A DNA stretch of 64,000 nucleotides from an uncultured Muribaculaceae bacterium (GTDB taxonomy: Bacteria > Bacillota_I > Bacilli_A > RF39 > UBA660): the NCBI GenBank assembly GCA_964587565.1, contig CAZPLK010000003.1:16276-80275 (forward strand), given 5' to 3'. Below the pieces are notes generated by a model. That model had not been told where the DNA came from, searched no databases, and saw only the letters and a program-made list of their open reading frames with translations. Both the position numbers and the translations under genes were made by a program. This document shows positions 8,837 through 17,849 of the stretch, one piece after another (position 1 is the stretch's first letter; every line of letters starts with the position of its first letter).

Positions 8837-9505
8837 ATGGGGAAAAAAATAATGTACATATTGTTGTTAATTATTACAATTATACCGATGAAACATATCA
8901 ATGCCAATGAAATTTATACTTGTGATTACAAAGAAAAGGCAAGACTTAATAAAATTGCAGCAAATGTTTCATTTAGTATTGAGTACAAAGAAACTAATAA
9001 AGGTGTTGAATTTACAACAATAATTACAAATTTACACCCAGATATATATATAATTGATACATCAACTAATAAAAAGTATTACTATAATGCTAAGTCAGCT
9101 AATCCTAAAGAAATTAAAATAAGTGGCTACAAAGATGGGGTTAGCATTAGATATGAAATGCACATGGTTAATAAAATATGTAAGGAAACTTTGCTAACGT
9201 TTAAATATGCAAACTTCCCACCGTATAATCCATTTTATAAAGATCCGTTATGCAAAGATATAAAAGAATTTAGTTTGTGTAGAAAATGGATTAAGGTTAA
9301 TTATAATTATAATGAGTTTAAAAAACAAGTAGAAAAATATAAAACAGAAACGATTGTAGAAGTAGAGAAGGATATAGAAAAAGGTTATTTATTTAATTTT
9401 GTAGATTTTTATTTAAAATATTATATGTATATATTACCGGTTATAATATTAGTGAGTTCCGGAATAATTTATATAGTTAATCGCGATAAAGAATTTAATT
9501 TTTAA
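8837..9505 (+). CDS. secreted protein with C-terminal TM anchor, 4 Cys
   Basis: The ORF-track frame starts at 8825. I prefer ATG 8837 (MGKKIMYILLL.. signal peptide), which sits 5 nt after GGAGG. The C-terminus has a hydrophobic helix. Confidence 0.5.
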   Translation: MGKKIMYILLLIITIIPMKHINANEIYTCDYKEKARLNKIAANVSFSIEYKETNKGVEFTTIITNLHPDIYIIDTSTNKKYYYNAKSANPKEIKISGYKDGVSIRYEMHMVNKICKETLLTFKYANFPPYNPFYKDPLCKDIKEFSLCRKWIKVNYNYNEFKKQVEKYKTETIVEVEKDIEKGYLFNFVDFYLKYYMYILPVIILVSSGIIYIVNRDKEFNF

Positions 9506-9520
9506 CAATAGGAGGTAATT

Positions 9521-12500
9521 ATGAAAAAAGGTTTAAGGACTATATTTTGTTTAATACTATGTTTGCTTATAACTTTTTCAGTAAGTGTATATGGTGGTTC
9601 TGATAGTGATATAGGTGAGGGAGATAAAGATGTCGCTAAACCTTGCAATCCAAGTGTTAATGGATCGCTTTGCTGGAATCATTCGCTTGTTTCCGGAAAT
9701 GGCGCTGATTATTTGGAAGCAATTAGAATTTCAATAGTTCATAAAGATGATGGTTCTAGAATTCCAGGCACTATTAGTTTGGATTTTGCCAGAAATTCAA
9801 CCCCTACTGAAAAGCGTGCCTTTAGTGCTTTGAGAAACAGGAGGATGTATCAATACTCTAATAAAATGACAAAAACAGAAGCTTTGGCTGCTGGTGCTGG
9901 GTATTCCCACAGTACAGGATATCCAATTCGTGATTTTGGAGAAAATTATTTATTTCCGCCTGTATTTAATAAGATAGGTAAAAATATTAAAAGTTATTTT
10001 ATAGACCTTACATCTTTTAATGCACCGCCGGAAAAGAAAAAATTTTATAAAGAAAAAATATTAAAACCTTTAGGGTATAATTTAGATGCTGAACCTGCTC
10101 AATTTTCAGAGGAAGAAATTTTAAATCACTATTTGTTAATTGAACCCGTGATATATGTAAGGGTATCAAAAATTGGTCATTGGACAAAAGAATTTGTCGG
10201 AAGTGCGACCGAGGTAGTTCAGATGATGAGTCACGAACCACAAGGTGCGGGTGGCGATCCAGTTTATGATTTATTTTTGGGTGGTACTTTTAAAGCTAAA
10301 CCAGGAAAACCAGTTTTTTCACATAGTAGTACTAGAAGTCATCGCTTTAGAAGACAAATCCCAACATTAATTTATGTAGATTTAGAAAATCAATCAATAG
10401 CAGGTTTAACAGGTATTGCTCATTGGGTGAGTGATCAAAACAAAAATTTAAGTGCTGAAATCTTGACTAGAAATGGTACAGTAGCTGGTCATGTTTGGGT
10501 AATGCCAAAAGATTGTGATAATTTAGAGTTTGCAAAAGCTAATTATAAATTGTGTTGTAAAGAATTATACGAAAAACATTATTTAAGAGATCAAAAGGTC
10601 TCTATTATAAATTATTTAAAGGTTGGAGAATATCACTGTTGTGAAGATTTAGCGCAGAAGGTTCCAGGTTTTAAAACTGGACCATTGTATGAAGCGCATT
10701 GTAAAACTCCTACACCTCCTAGTCCTTGTACATATAAATTCGAGGCTCAATGTCCAGAAAACTGTTTTTCTACAACTGAAGGATTTATAAAGGATATAGG
10801 CGAAGATAATGATATGACAGATTGGAACTGCATTTTTGAAAGTCCTAAGTCCGTTTTCCCTAAAGTTAGAAATCATTATAAATGGAGTGGGGTAGATAAT
10901 AGATATTGTCAAGCTTATTGTAGGGAAGAAATAACTTATGAATTTCCAGGAGGCGGAATAAGTGTTTTGGCAGGTCAACATTTTACAATTGGTGGAGATT
11001 ATAATCGTTCTGATTGGTCTCCGATAAAATTTAATGGCTATATGGAATGTCGTACGAAGGGAAATGGGAATTTTAAAGTAATTAATCATAAACAATTTGT
11101 CATAGATTGGAAAAAGGCTAATGAAGATGTTATAAACACTTGGAATACTTATCAAACTGAAAAAGTTCGTGATATATCTAGAGGAAAGGCAGAGAAATCA
11201 AGAGAAAAGGATTGTGATTACCGCTGTCCTCCTGGAACTAGTAGGGAGATTGATGGAGAGTGTTGTGCTAAAACTGAATGGGATGAGTGTTATACTGGTA
11301 ACCCTAACCATTGCCCAGGTGCAAAGGATAAGGACGGAAAGTGTAAAGTGCCGACCATTAACACTTGTATAGAAGAAAGGGTTTGTGTGAAGGATTTGGA
11401 CAAAATACCTTATGGTTATACAATGACTCCTCCAGAAGTAACGCTTGGGGATTATACTGCGCAAGAGGTAACATGGTGTAGTACTAAACCAGCACCCACT
11501 AGTAAAGTTAATCAAGCGTTATCTGCTTATGAAAGAGCTGTGGAATATCGTAAAGAGTTACTTAATATGATAGAATGGTGTAATGAATGGACTAGACCGT
11601 ACACAGAATTTACACCCACAGTTGAACTTAAGTTTGAAGAAGAAGAGTATGGAATAAATTTTGATGATCGTCCAGATGGACTTTTACAAGCCAATTTAAA
11701 TGCTAATAATTCAACTACAACATATTATGATGGAGATACATACGATAGGGAAAAAGGTTACAGTGAGGATGAAGTAGACAGAGCGGATTGTGATACTGCG
11801 TATCGTTTTTGTAAAACTAATGAGCAAAAATATCCGGATAACGATAATAAGAAGTACGAAGTGTTTAAAGCGTATACTTATACTTTAAATGATGATTTAT
11901 ATAGATACGTTTCAAAACCACCTGGTTATTCGTATTCTCAAATTCCAGGCTATGGTGAATACGTAGATATGGGTTATGCTAATTTACCTGTTCATTATTC
12001 AAGAAGAGAAGGTAGGTATGAATTATCTCTTAATTACACATCATTTGGAAATAATAATAAATTTAATAGATATGTATTTGACAGAGATGCTTTCCCAGCA
12101 ACAACTGAAAACTTTTATTATTGTTCAACATATTACGAATGTGCTTATCGTGTTATTAATGACATTATTACGACAAAAGAAGTCGGATTAAACGTTGTTT
12201 TTAGACCCGTTTCTTTAAAAAATCCGTTTCCTGGTGAAAACGCTCCAAGTGGTGGTAGAAGACGTGGTGAAAACTGGGCATCTCCTTCCGATGTTTTAAA
12301 AATAACAAAAAATAGAGGGTTAAGTGATCCAGAACGTATATACTTGGATAAGGATCCTATGTATGAGATAACATTAAATACAAGAAGTATACTATCAATC
12401 AGGAGTTATAATCGATTAGCAGAAGGTGGTTATGCAGACTTTACTTTAAAATGTATTGAAGGAACAGGCCAGCGTTGTAAAAGTCAGTTTATAAGAGAAG

Positions 12501-12580
12501 ATTATAGGCATTTGTTTAATTCATCTTTGTGTGGTATGTCAAGTGATTGGGATCGTTGTAATAAAGATGATGGAATATAG
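9521..12580 (+). CDS. large secreted cysteine-rich protein (1019 aa), unknown family
   Basis: Signal peptide, good RBS (AGGAGG), 34 Cys after the signal peptide by my count, no TM or LPXTG. Confidence 0.7.
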   Translation: MKKGLRTIFCLILCLLITFSVSVYGGSDSDIGEGDKDVAKPCNPSVNGSLCWNHSLVSGNGADYLEAIRISIVHKDDGSRIPGTISLDFARNSTPTEKRAFSALRNRRMYQYSNKMTKTEALAAGAGYSHSTGYPIRDFGENYLFPPVFNKIGKNIKSYFIDLTSFNAPPEKKKFYKEKILKPLGYNLDAEPAQFSEEEILNHYLLIEPVIYVRVSKIGHWTKEFVGSATEVVQMMSHEPQGAGGDPVYDLFLGGTFKAKPGKPVFSHSSTRSHRFRRQIPTLIYVDLENQSIAGLTGIAHWVSDQNKNLSAEILTRNGTVAGHVWVMPKDCDNLEFAKANYKLCCKELYEKHYLRDQKVSIINYLKVGEYHCCEDLAQKVPGFKTGPLYEAHCKTPTPPSPCTYKFEAQCPENCFSTTEGFIKDIGEDNDMTDWNCIFESPKSVFPKVRNHYKWSGVDNRYCQAYCREEITYEFPGGGISVLAGQHFTIGGDYNRSDWSPIKFNGYMECRTKGNGNFKVINHKQFVIDWKKANEDVINTWNTYQTEKVRDISRGKAEKSREKDCDYRCPPGTSREIDGECCAKTEWDECYTGNPNHCPGAKDKDGKCKVPTINTCIEERVCVKDLDKIPYGYTMTPPEVTLGDYTAQEVTWCSTKPAPTSKVNQALSAYERAVEYRKELLNMIEWCNEWTRPYTEFTPTVELKFEEEEYGINFDDRPDGLLQANLNANNSTTTYYDGDTYDREKGYSEDEVDRADCDTAYRFCKTNEQKYPDNDNKKYEVFKAYTYTLNDDLYRYVSKPPGYSYSQIPGYGEYVDMGYANLPVHYSRREGRYELSLNYTSFGNNNKFNRYVFDRDAFPATTENFYYCSTYYECAYRVINDIITTKEVGLNVVFRPVSLKNPFPGENAPSGGRRRGENWASPSDVLKITKNRGLSDPERIYLDKDPMYEITLNTRSILSIRSYNRLAEGGYADFTLKCIEGTGQRCKSQFIREDYRHLFNSSLCGMSSDWDRCNKDDGI

Positions 12581-12596
12581 GAAGGTGGAGTAATTA

Positions 12597-12998
12597 ATGC
12601 AAGAATCATTTTGGGGTGCTTTTATAGTATCGCTTGGAGTTGTTGCTATTATTTTCGTATATGTTTTTCAATCGTTAACAAATACAACAGAACATAATTA
12701 CAACGTATTAAAGGAAGCTACTGAATCTGCAATGGTTGATGCTGTAGATTTGCCAGCGTATAGAAAAACTGGCGTAATACGAATAGATCGTGAAAAGTTT
12801 GTTGAAAATTTTGTAAGAAGGTATTCAGAATCTGCTTCCTTAGGTAGAACGTATACGATAAAAATTTATGATGTTGTAGAAACACCTCCTAAAGTTACAT
12901 TGCAAGTATCAACTACAGAACGAGGGGATTCTGGAAGTGAAATAGTAGAGTTTGATGTTATAGATAGGCTAAGTGCTATTTTAGAAACGCCATATTAG
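12597..12998 (+). CDS. small N-terminally anchored protein, possible minor pilin-like component
   Basis: A single N-terminal hydrophobic helix (FWGAFIVSLGVVAIIFVYVF) followed by a 100-aa domain. The call rests on context only. Confidence 0.3.
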   Translation: MQESFWGAFIVSLGVVAIIFVYVFQSLTNTTEHNYNVLKEATESAMVDAVDLPAYRKTGVIRIDREKFVENFVRRYSESASLGRTYTIKIYDVVETPPKVTLQVSTTERGDSGSEIVEFDVIDRLSAILETPY

Positions 12999-13011
12999 AA
13001 AGGATGATAAA

Positions 13012-13857
13012 ATGAATAATATTGTGAATTCGTTAAAAAGGTTTTTTAAAAATAAAAATACAGTTACAATTCTTGGAGTTATTGTAATAATTGCCATATT
13101 ATATTTTTCATACAATAGTCAAATAGAAAAACAAGTAAGGCCTGTAAGGGGGATTCCTATGTCCAACCAAGTCATTCAGCCAAGAACATTAATTACTAGT
13201 GAAATGATTGAATACGTAGATATAGCCCCTATTGTTTTGAAAGATAATGTGATTACTAATACTAATTCAGTTATAGGTAAATATACAAACTATAATACTG
13301 TAATACCAAAAGGAAGTTTATTTTATACTGATGTTTTGGTAACGAAAGATGAATTACCAGACTCAGCTTTTGAAAAAATTAAAGAAGGCGATGTAGTAGT
13401 TAAGTTGCCTGTTAATATTGAATCAACATATGGAAACTCAATATTTCCTGGTAATAAAATTGATATATATATGAAAGCTCATACAGTAGAAGACCAAGTT
13501 ATGGTTGGCAAACTATTTGAAAACGTTGAAGTTATAGCGGTAAAAGATAGTTCAGGTCAACACGTGTTTGAAAATGCAACTGGCGGAAGAACACCATCAA
13601 TTATAATATTTGGTTTAAAACCAGAGTTGAACATATTATTATTGAAGGCGTCATATTTAAACAATCGTTCAGTTGAATTATTCCCAGTACCGCATGGTGG
13701 TGTAGGGGTGCAACCTGGTGAAACACAAATCACTTCAAAAAATCTTGAAGACTTTATTAATGCTTACTCAGTTCCGAATGATGAATTAGTAGAACCTGAC
13801 ATTGAGCCTGAAAACACTGATATAGTAGAAGAGCCAAAACCAGAAATAGGAGAATAA
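13012..13857 (+). CDS. cpaB: CpaB/RcpC-like Flp pilus assembly protein
   Basis: N-terminal TM, SAF-like segment (VIQPRTLITSEMIEYVDIAP), beta-rich domain. It lies directly upstream of the secretion ATPase. Confidence 0.55.
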   Translation: MNNIVNSLKRFFKNKNTVTILGVIVIIAILYFSYNSQIEKQVRPVRGIPMSNQVIQPRTLITSEMIEYVDIAPIVLKDNVITNTNSVIGKYTNYNTVIPKGSLFYTDVLVTKDELPDSAFEKIKEGDVVVKLPVNIESTYGNSIFPGNKIDIYMKAHTVEDQVMVGKLFENVEVIAVKDSSGQHVFENATGGRTPSIIIFGLKPELNILLLKASYLNNRSVELFPVPHGGVGVQPGETQITSKNLEDFINAYSVPNDELVEPDIEPENTDIVEEPKPEIGE

Positions 13858-13859
13858 TT

Positions 13860-14987
13860 ATGAACGACAATATGTTTAACCAAATTGATTTTGGACCTTT
13901 AAAAGAATATTTAGAAAATGATGATATAACAGATATTTCTTATAGTAATGGTGGGCAGATTTGGTTAAAAACATTATCGAAAGGTATATTCAGAATTGAA
14001 AATCCTGCCATTAATAACTCACTTATTGAAAAATTAGCATTTCAATGTGCGAATGTTATGGGAAAAACATTTAATATGGCTCATCCTTTCCTAGATGCTG
14101 AAGGATCTGAATTAAGATTAAATTTTGTTCATGATTCTATTGCAAGGAATGGTATTGCTGTAGTGTTTCGTAAAACGCCTGCAAAAATAAGGTTAGTTAA
14201 AGAAAAAATATTAGAGGAAAAATATGTTACTCTTGATATTCACGACTTTTTGGAAAGGTGTGTTCAAGGTCATTGTAATATTATGGTATGTGGTGAAACA
14301 GGTTCAGGTAAAACTGAGTTAGTAAAATATTTAGCATCTAAAACTGCTGAGAACGAGAAAATTATTACGATAGAAGATACGTTAGAGCTTCATTTAGACC
14401 GTATTTTCCCACATAGGGATATTGTAGCTATGAAGACTAATAATATTGCTTCTTATTCTGATGTTTTGGTTACGTGTATGCGTCAAAACCCAAAATGGAT
14501 ATTATTATCAGAAGTTAGAAGCGCGGAAGCTGTTATGGCTGTTCGTAACTCCATATCTTCTGGACATTATATTTTGTCAACTATTCATGCTGATAAAGCT
14601 TCTTCTATTCCGAATCGTATGTATAGTTTACTTGAAACTAATCAAGATATAGATCAATTTTTAAAGTCAATATACAGATATATTCAAATAGGTGTGTATG
14701 TTAGAGGATACCAAGATAAAGAAACTAAAAGATTTATTCGTGAAATAGCTGAAGTGACAGAATTTTATGTTACCGAAGACAATGAAGCTAAATATAATAA
14801 TATTTATAGGAAGTTAGCAGATGGAAGGGTTGTTCGTAATGCTCCAAGTCCATATTTACTCGAATACTTAGAAATTCAAGGAGTATTTTTAGAACAAGAT
14901 CTCTTGGATGCAATGTCGCCTGAAGAAGATGAAGATGAAGGAGTTGTTGATAATATAAAAATTGATGATGTGGAAATTTTATTTTAA
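13860..14987 (+). CDS. tadA: CpaF/TadA-type secretion ATPase
   Basis: Walker A GETGSGKTE, Asp box ITIEDTLEL, Walker B region WILLSEVRSAEA, His box LSTIHA. Confidence 0.85.
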   Translation: MNDNMFNQIDFGPLKEYLENDDITDISYSNGGQIWLKTLSKGIFRIENPAINNSLIEKLAFQCANVMGKTFNMAHPFLDAEGSELRLNFVHDSIARNGIAVVFRKTPAKIRLVKEKILEEKYVTLDIHDFLERCVQGHCNIMVCGETGSGKTELVKYLASKTAENEKIITIEDTLELHLDRIFPHRDIVAMKTNNIASYSDVLVTCMRQNPKWILLSEVRSAEAVMAVRNSISSGHYILSTIHADKASSIPNRMYSLLETNQDIDQFLKSIYRYIQIGVYVRGYQDKETKRFIREIAEVTEFYVTEDNEAKYNNIYRKLADGRVVRNAPSPYLLEYLEIQGVFLEQDLLDAMSPEEDEDEGVVDNIKIDDVEILF

Positions 14988-15002
14988 TAAAGGAGGTATA
15001 AA

Positions 15003-15908
15003 ATGGGAACTGGTACAACATTTTTATTAATAGGTTTCATATTTGTATTTATTGTTGCATATCGGAGAAATACCGATGAGAACGTATATAAATATATTCA
15101 GAGAAAAACCTCGGCTATATATGATAAATATGCCCCGTATTCTTATAAAATGGTAAGGGAAAAGGTTGTTGAATTAGGACAAGAATACACACCAAGGCAA
15201 TATGCTTTACAAATTGCAATATTTTCCATTGGTGCGTTTCTTATATCATACATGTATTTTTATAGTCTTATAATATCAGTATTTTACTCATTACTATCAA
15301 TTACAATAATACCTTATTTAACATATCTTCGATGTAAAAGGATATACAGTGAATTTATATTTGAACAAATTCAAGTATACACGACTAATACAATAATGGA
15401 ATTTGCCACGACAGAGTCGTTTGTTAAGGCATTAGAAGGTGTGTATGAATCGGGTGTATTAGAAGAACCAGTGAAATCAGATGTTAAAATGATGATAGAT
15501 CTTGCTTATGAAAATGGTACGATAGAAGACTCATTAACATATATGGATGGTAAATATGATTATTACATAGTTAAAAATATGCATCAATTGTTTTTGCAAA
15601 TAACTAATGAAGGTTCTAAAGATGCTGGTGCTTCTTTGGAAAATATGTCGCTTGATATTGATATGCTTGTAGAAAATGTATATAGGGATAGAATAGATCG
15701 GGCAACATTTCATAAAAAGTTTTTGCAATTTGGTATTGTTTTATATTTAATGGTAATGATGGTACAGTTTTTGTTAGGTGTTGAAACATATATTAAAATG
15801 CTTGAAAATATTTTAGTGAGATTATTACTTCATTTAATAGTGTTTGTTAATACATACTTTTTGTTAAATGGTGAAAAATATTATAATGAGAATGTGGGTG
15901 CTGAATAA
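15003..15908 (+). CDS. tadB: TadB-like platform protein (T2SS-F type)
   Basis: Polytopic membrane protein directly after the ATPase. Size and TM/cytoplasmic-domain/TM layout fit. No diagnostic motif recognised. Confidence 0.55.
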   Translation: MGTGTTFLLIGFIFVFIVAYRRNTDENVYKYIQRKTSAIYDKYAPYSYKMVREKVVELGQEYTPRQYALQIAIFSIGAFLISYMYFYSLIISVFYSLLSITIIPYLTYLRCKRIYSEFIFEQIQVYTTNTIMEFATTESFVKALEGVYESGVLEEPVKSDVKMMIDLAYENGTIEDSLTYMDGKYDYYIVKNMHQLFLQITNEGSKDAGASLENMSLDIDMLVENVYRDRIDRATFHKKFLQFGIVLYLMVMMVQFLLGVETYIKMLENILVRLLLHLIVFVNTYFLLNGEKYYNENVGAE

Positions 15909-16690
15909 TGGAATTTATAATTATTGGTGCTATTATAATATATATATTAGAGGTTAATAAACAAATTAGTGCAAAAAAATTTATAGATGATACTGAGCCT
16001 TATTTTAGATTTTTAATGGAAGATGATTATGAATTTTTAGCAACTATTAGATATGGTTCTGATGTTGATATAAACGCATTATATACAGCAAGGGTTCGTA
16101 ATGGTATAGTTGCAATAATTGTTATGATTTTTATGTTGTTATCAAAGTTAAATTTTATATCTATTGTGGCTTCAGTTATTGTAGGTTATGTTGTTTTTAA
16201 AATGCCATATGGAAAATTAAAAAGATATTATAATGCTAATTTGCACCATATCAATTTAATGTTGCCGTATTATTTAAAAAGTTTAGAAATTTTAATTCAA
16301 CATTATACAGTCCCTGTTGCCCTATCTCGTTCGATTAAAACTGCGCCAGATATATTTAAACCTGGTTTAGAGAGATTAGTGCGAAAAATTGAAGCTGGTG
16401 ATTCAACAGTTGATCCATACATGGATTTTGCAAAAGAATATCCGGTTAGAGATTCGATGCGCATGATGCGTTTGTTATATAGATTGGGACTTGGTTCACA
16501 AGAAAATAAACAAGAGCAGTTAATGATGTTTTCAAGAACAGTCTCTGCTTTACAAAATAAATCACGTGAACAAAAATACAAAGAAAGATTAGAAACAATG
16601 GAAAACAAAACTATGATGATGCTTGGTGCAACTGGTGGTGGGATATTGTTTTTGATGTTGCTAGCAATGATGATGTTGATGCAAATATAA
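15908..16690 (+). CDS. tadC: TadC-like platform protein (T2SS-F type)
   Basis: Its start overlaps the stop of the previous gene. The architecture is the same as the tadB-like gene. Confidence 0.5.
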   Translation: MEFIIIGAIIIYILEVNKQISAKKFIDDTEPYFRFLMEDDYEFLATIRYGSDVDINALYTARVRNGIVAIIVMIFMLLSKLNFISIVASVIVGYVVFKMPYGKLKRYYNANLHHINLMLPYYLKSLEILIQHYTVPVALSRSIKTAPDIFKPGLERLVRKIEAGDSTVDPYMDFAKEYPVRDSMRMMRLLYRLGLGSQENKQEQLMMFSRTVSALQNKSREQKYKERLETMENKTMMMLGATGGGILFLMLLAMMMLMQI

Positions 16691-16751
16691 ATATTGATTT
16701 TAATAATCTTTATATGATATAATAAAATTACAAAAGATAGGTGGTGAAATA

Positions 16752-16943
16752 ATGAAAGAGGCAGCTGGAGAAGCAAATTTAACAGTAATTGCAATTATTT
16801 TGATTGGTGTTATTGCGGCTGTTGTAACACCATTAATTAGTAGTATGATGACTACGACACAAAAACGTACATGTTGCCACAATAACGGAGGTACATGGGT
16901 AGACGGTAAATGTAATGGGGCATCAGATGTGTGCCCGGCTTAA
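16752..16943 (+). CDS. short Flp-like pilin candidate (63 aa) with Cys-rich tail
   Basis: RBS AGGTGGTG. MKEAAG-EANLTVIAIILIGVIAAVV has a short leader ending in Gly, then one hydrophobic helix, then a 30-aa tail with 4 Cys. It lacks the canonical G/xxxxEY motif. Confidence 0.45.
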   Translation: MKEAAGEANLTVIAIILIGVIAAVVTPLISSMMTTTQKRTCCHNNGGTWVDGKCNGASDVCPA

Positions 16944-16962
16944 AAAAGGGAGTTGATAACCT

Positions 16963-17385
16963 GTGAGAGAAGGAATTGGTGGCATAGTAACATACAATAT
17001 AGTAATAATGTTTTTATTAATTGTATTTGCACTTATTGCTATAACATTAAGTTATTTTAAAGCGTTTAGAGTAAATTCATATGTAATTAGTTCAATTGAA
17101 AAATATGAAGGTTATAATAGGCTATCAGTCGTTGAGGCTGACCGTTCTTTAAAAAATATAGGTTATCGTGTTGAAAGTAATTTTAAATGCCCTGATAGGA
17201 AAGGGCGCAAAGCGATGGATGTAATCGATGGAACTAATCATCGTTATTGTGTTTACAAAACAAACCATGATAAATATCGTTCATATGGAGTAGTTACATA
17301 TATTAATTTTGATTTACCTATTGTTGGACTTCTTTTTAGAGTTCCTATATATAGTGAATCTATTATGTTATATAATTTTGGTTAG
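16963..17385 (+). CDS. pseudopilin-like protein, paralog 1 (140 aa)
   Basis: N-terminal hydrophobic helix after GIGG. Shares SYxKAFxV...IGY...RYCVY...P(I/V)(V/I)G blocks with the next gene. Confidence 0.4.
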   Translation: MREGIGGIVTYNIVIMFLLIVFALIAITLSYFKAFRVNSYVISSIEKYEGYNRLSVVEADRSLKNIGYRVESNFKCPDRKGRKAMDVIDGTNHRYCVYKTNHDKYRSYGVVTYINFDLPIVGLLFRVPIYSESIMLYNFG

Positions 17386-17405
17386 CTAAGAAAAGGAGTG
17401 AATAA

Positions 17406-17837
17406 ATGAAAGAATCGATTAATAATGCTTTTCTTTTTGGTTTAGTTATGTTTTTCTTAGCTGTTATAATTGCGATATTAGTTGGTTCACTAAGTTATTC
17501 TAAAGCCTTTAAAGTTAAGAATAGAATTATAACTATTATTGAAAAAAATTTAGATTATAATGGTAGTGCTAAACTTGAAATTGATGAGTTTTTGCGCGAA
17601 ATAGGATATAAGACTAATCCATTAGGTCGCAATAGATGTCCGTCTGGCCACGGTGTATTACTTTCGAGTTATGGAACTAATTATCGTTATTGTGTATACT
17701 TTAATGAAGCGGGCCATAAGGGTTATTATTTCAAAGTAGCAGCTTTTATGTATTTTGAAATACCTGTTATCGGGGATTTTTTAGAATTCCCTATTTATGG
17801 TGAAACTAAAATAATTTATGACTTAGATATTACTTAA
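17406..17837 (+). CDS. pseudopilin-like protein, paralog 2 (143 aa)
   Basis: Collinear with 16963-17385 and preceded by an AAGGAG RBS. Confidence 0.4.
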   Translation: MKESINNAFLFGLVMFFLAVIIAILVGSLSYSKAFKVKNRIITIIEKNLDYNGSAKLEIDEFLREIGYKTNPLGRNRCPSGHGVLLSSYGTNYRYCVYFNEAGHKGYYFKVAAFMYFEIPVIGDFLEFPIYGETKIIYDLDIT

Positions 17838-17849
17838 TGGGGTGAAAAA

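Noticed and set aside
10649-11155. 168-aa minus-strand ORF (and neighbours 10017-10241, 11198-11515, 11169-11372) inside the 1019-aa gene
   Set aside because: These ORFs are antisense or alternative-frame to a long ORF with a strong RBS and signal peptide. Their products are low-complexity and they have no RBS. They are most likely by-products of the slightly less AT-rich composition of that gene.
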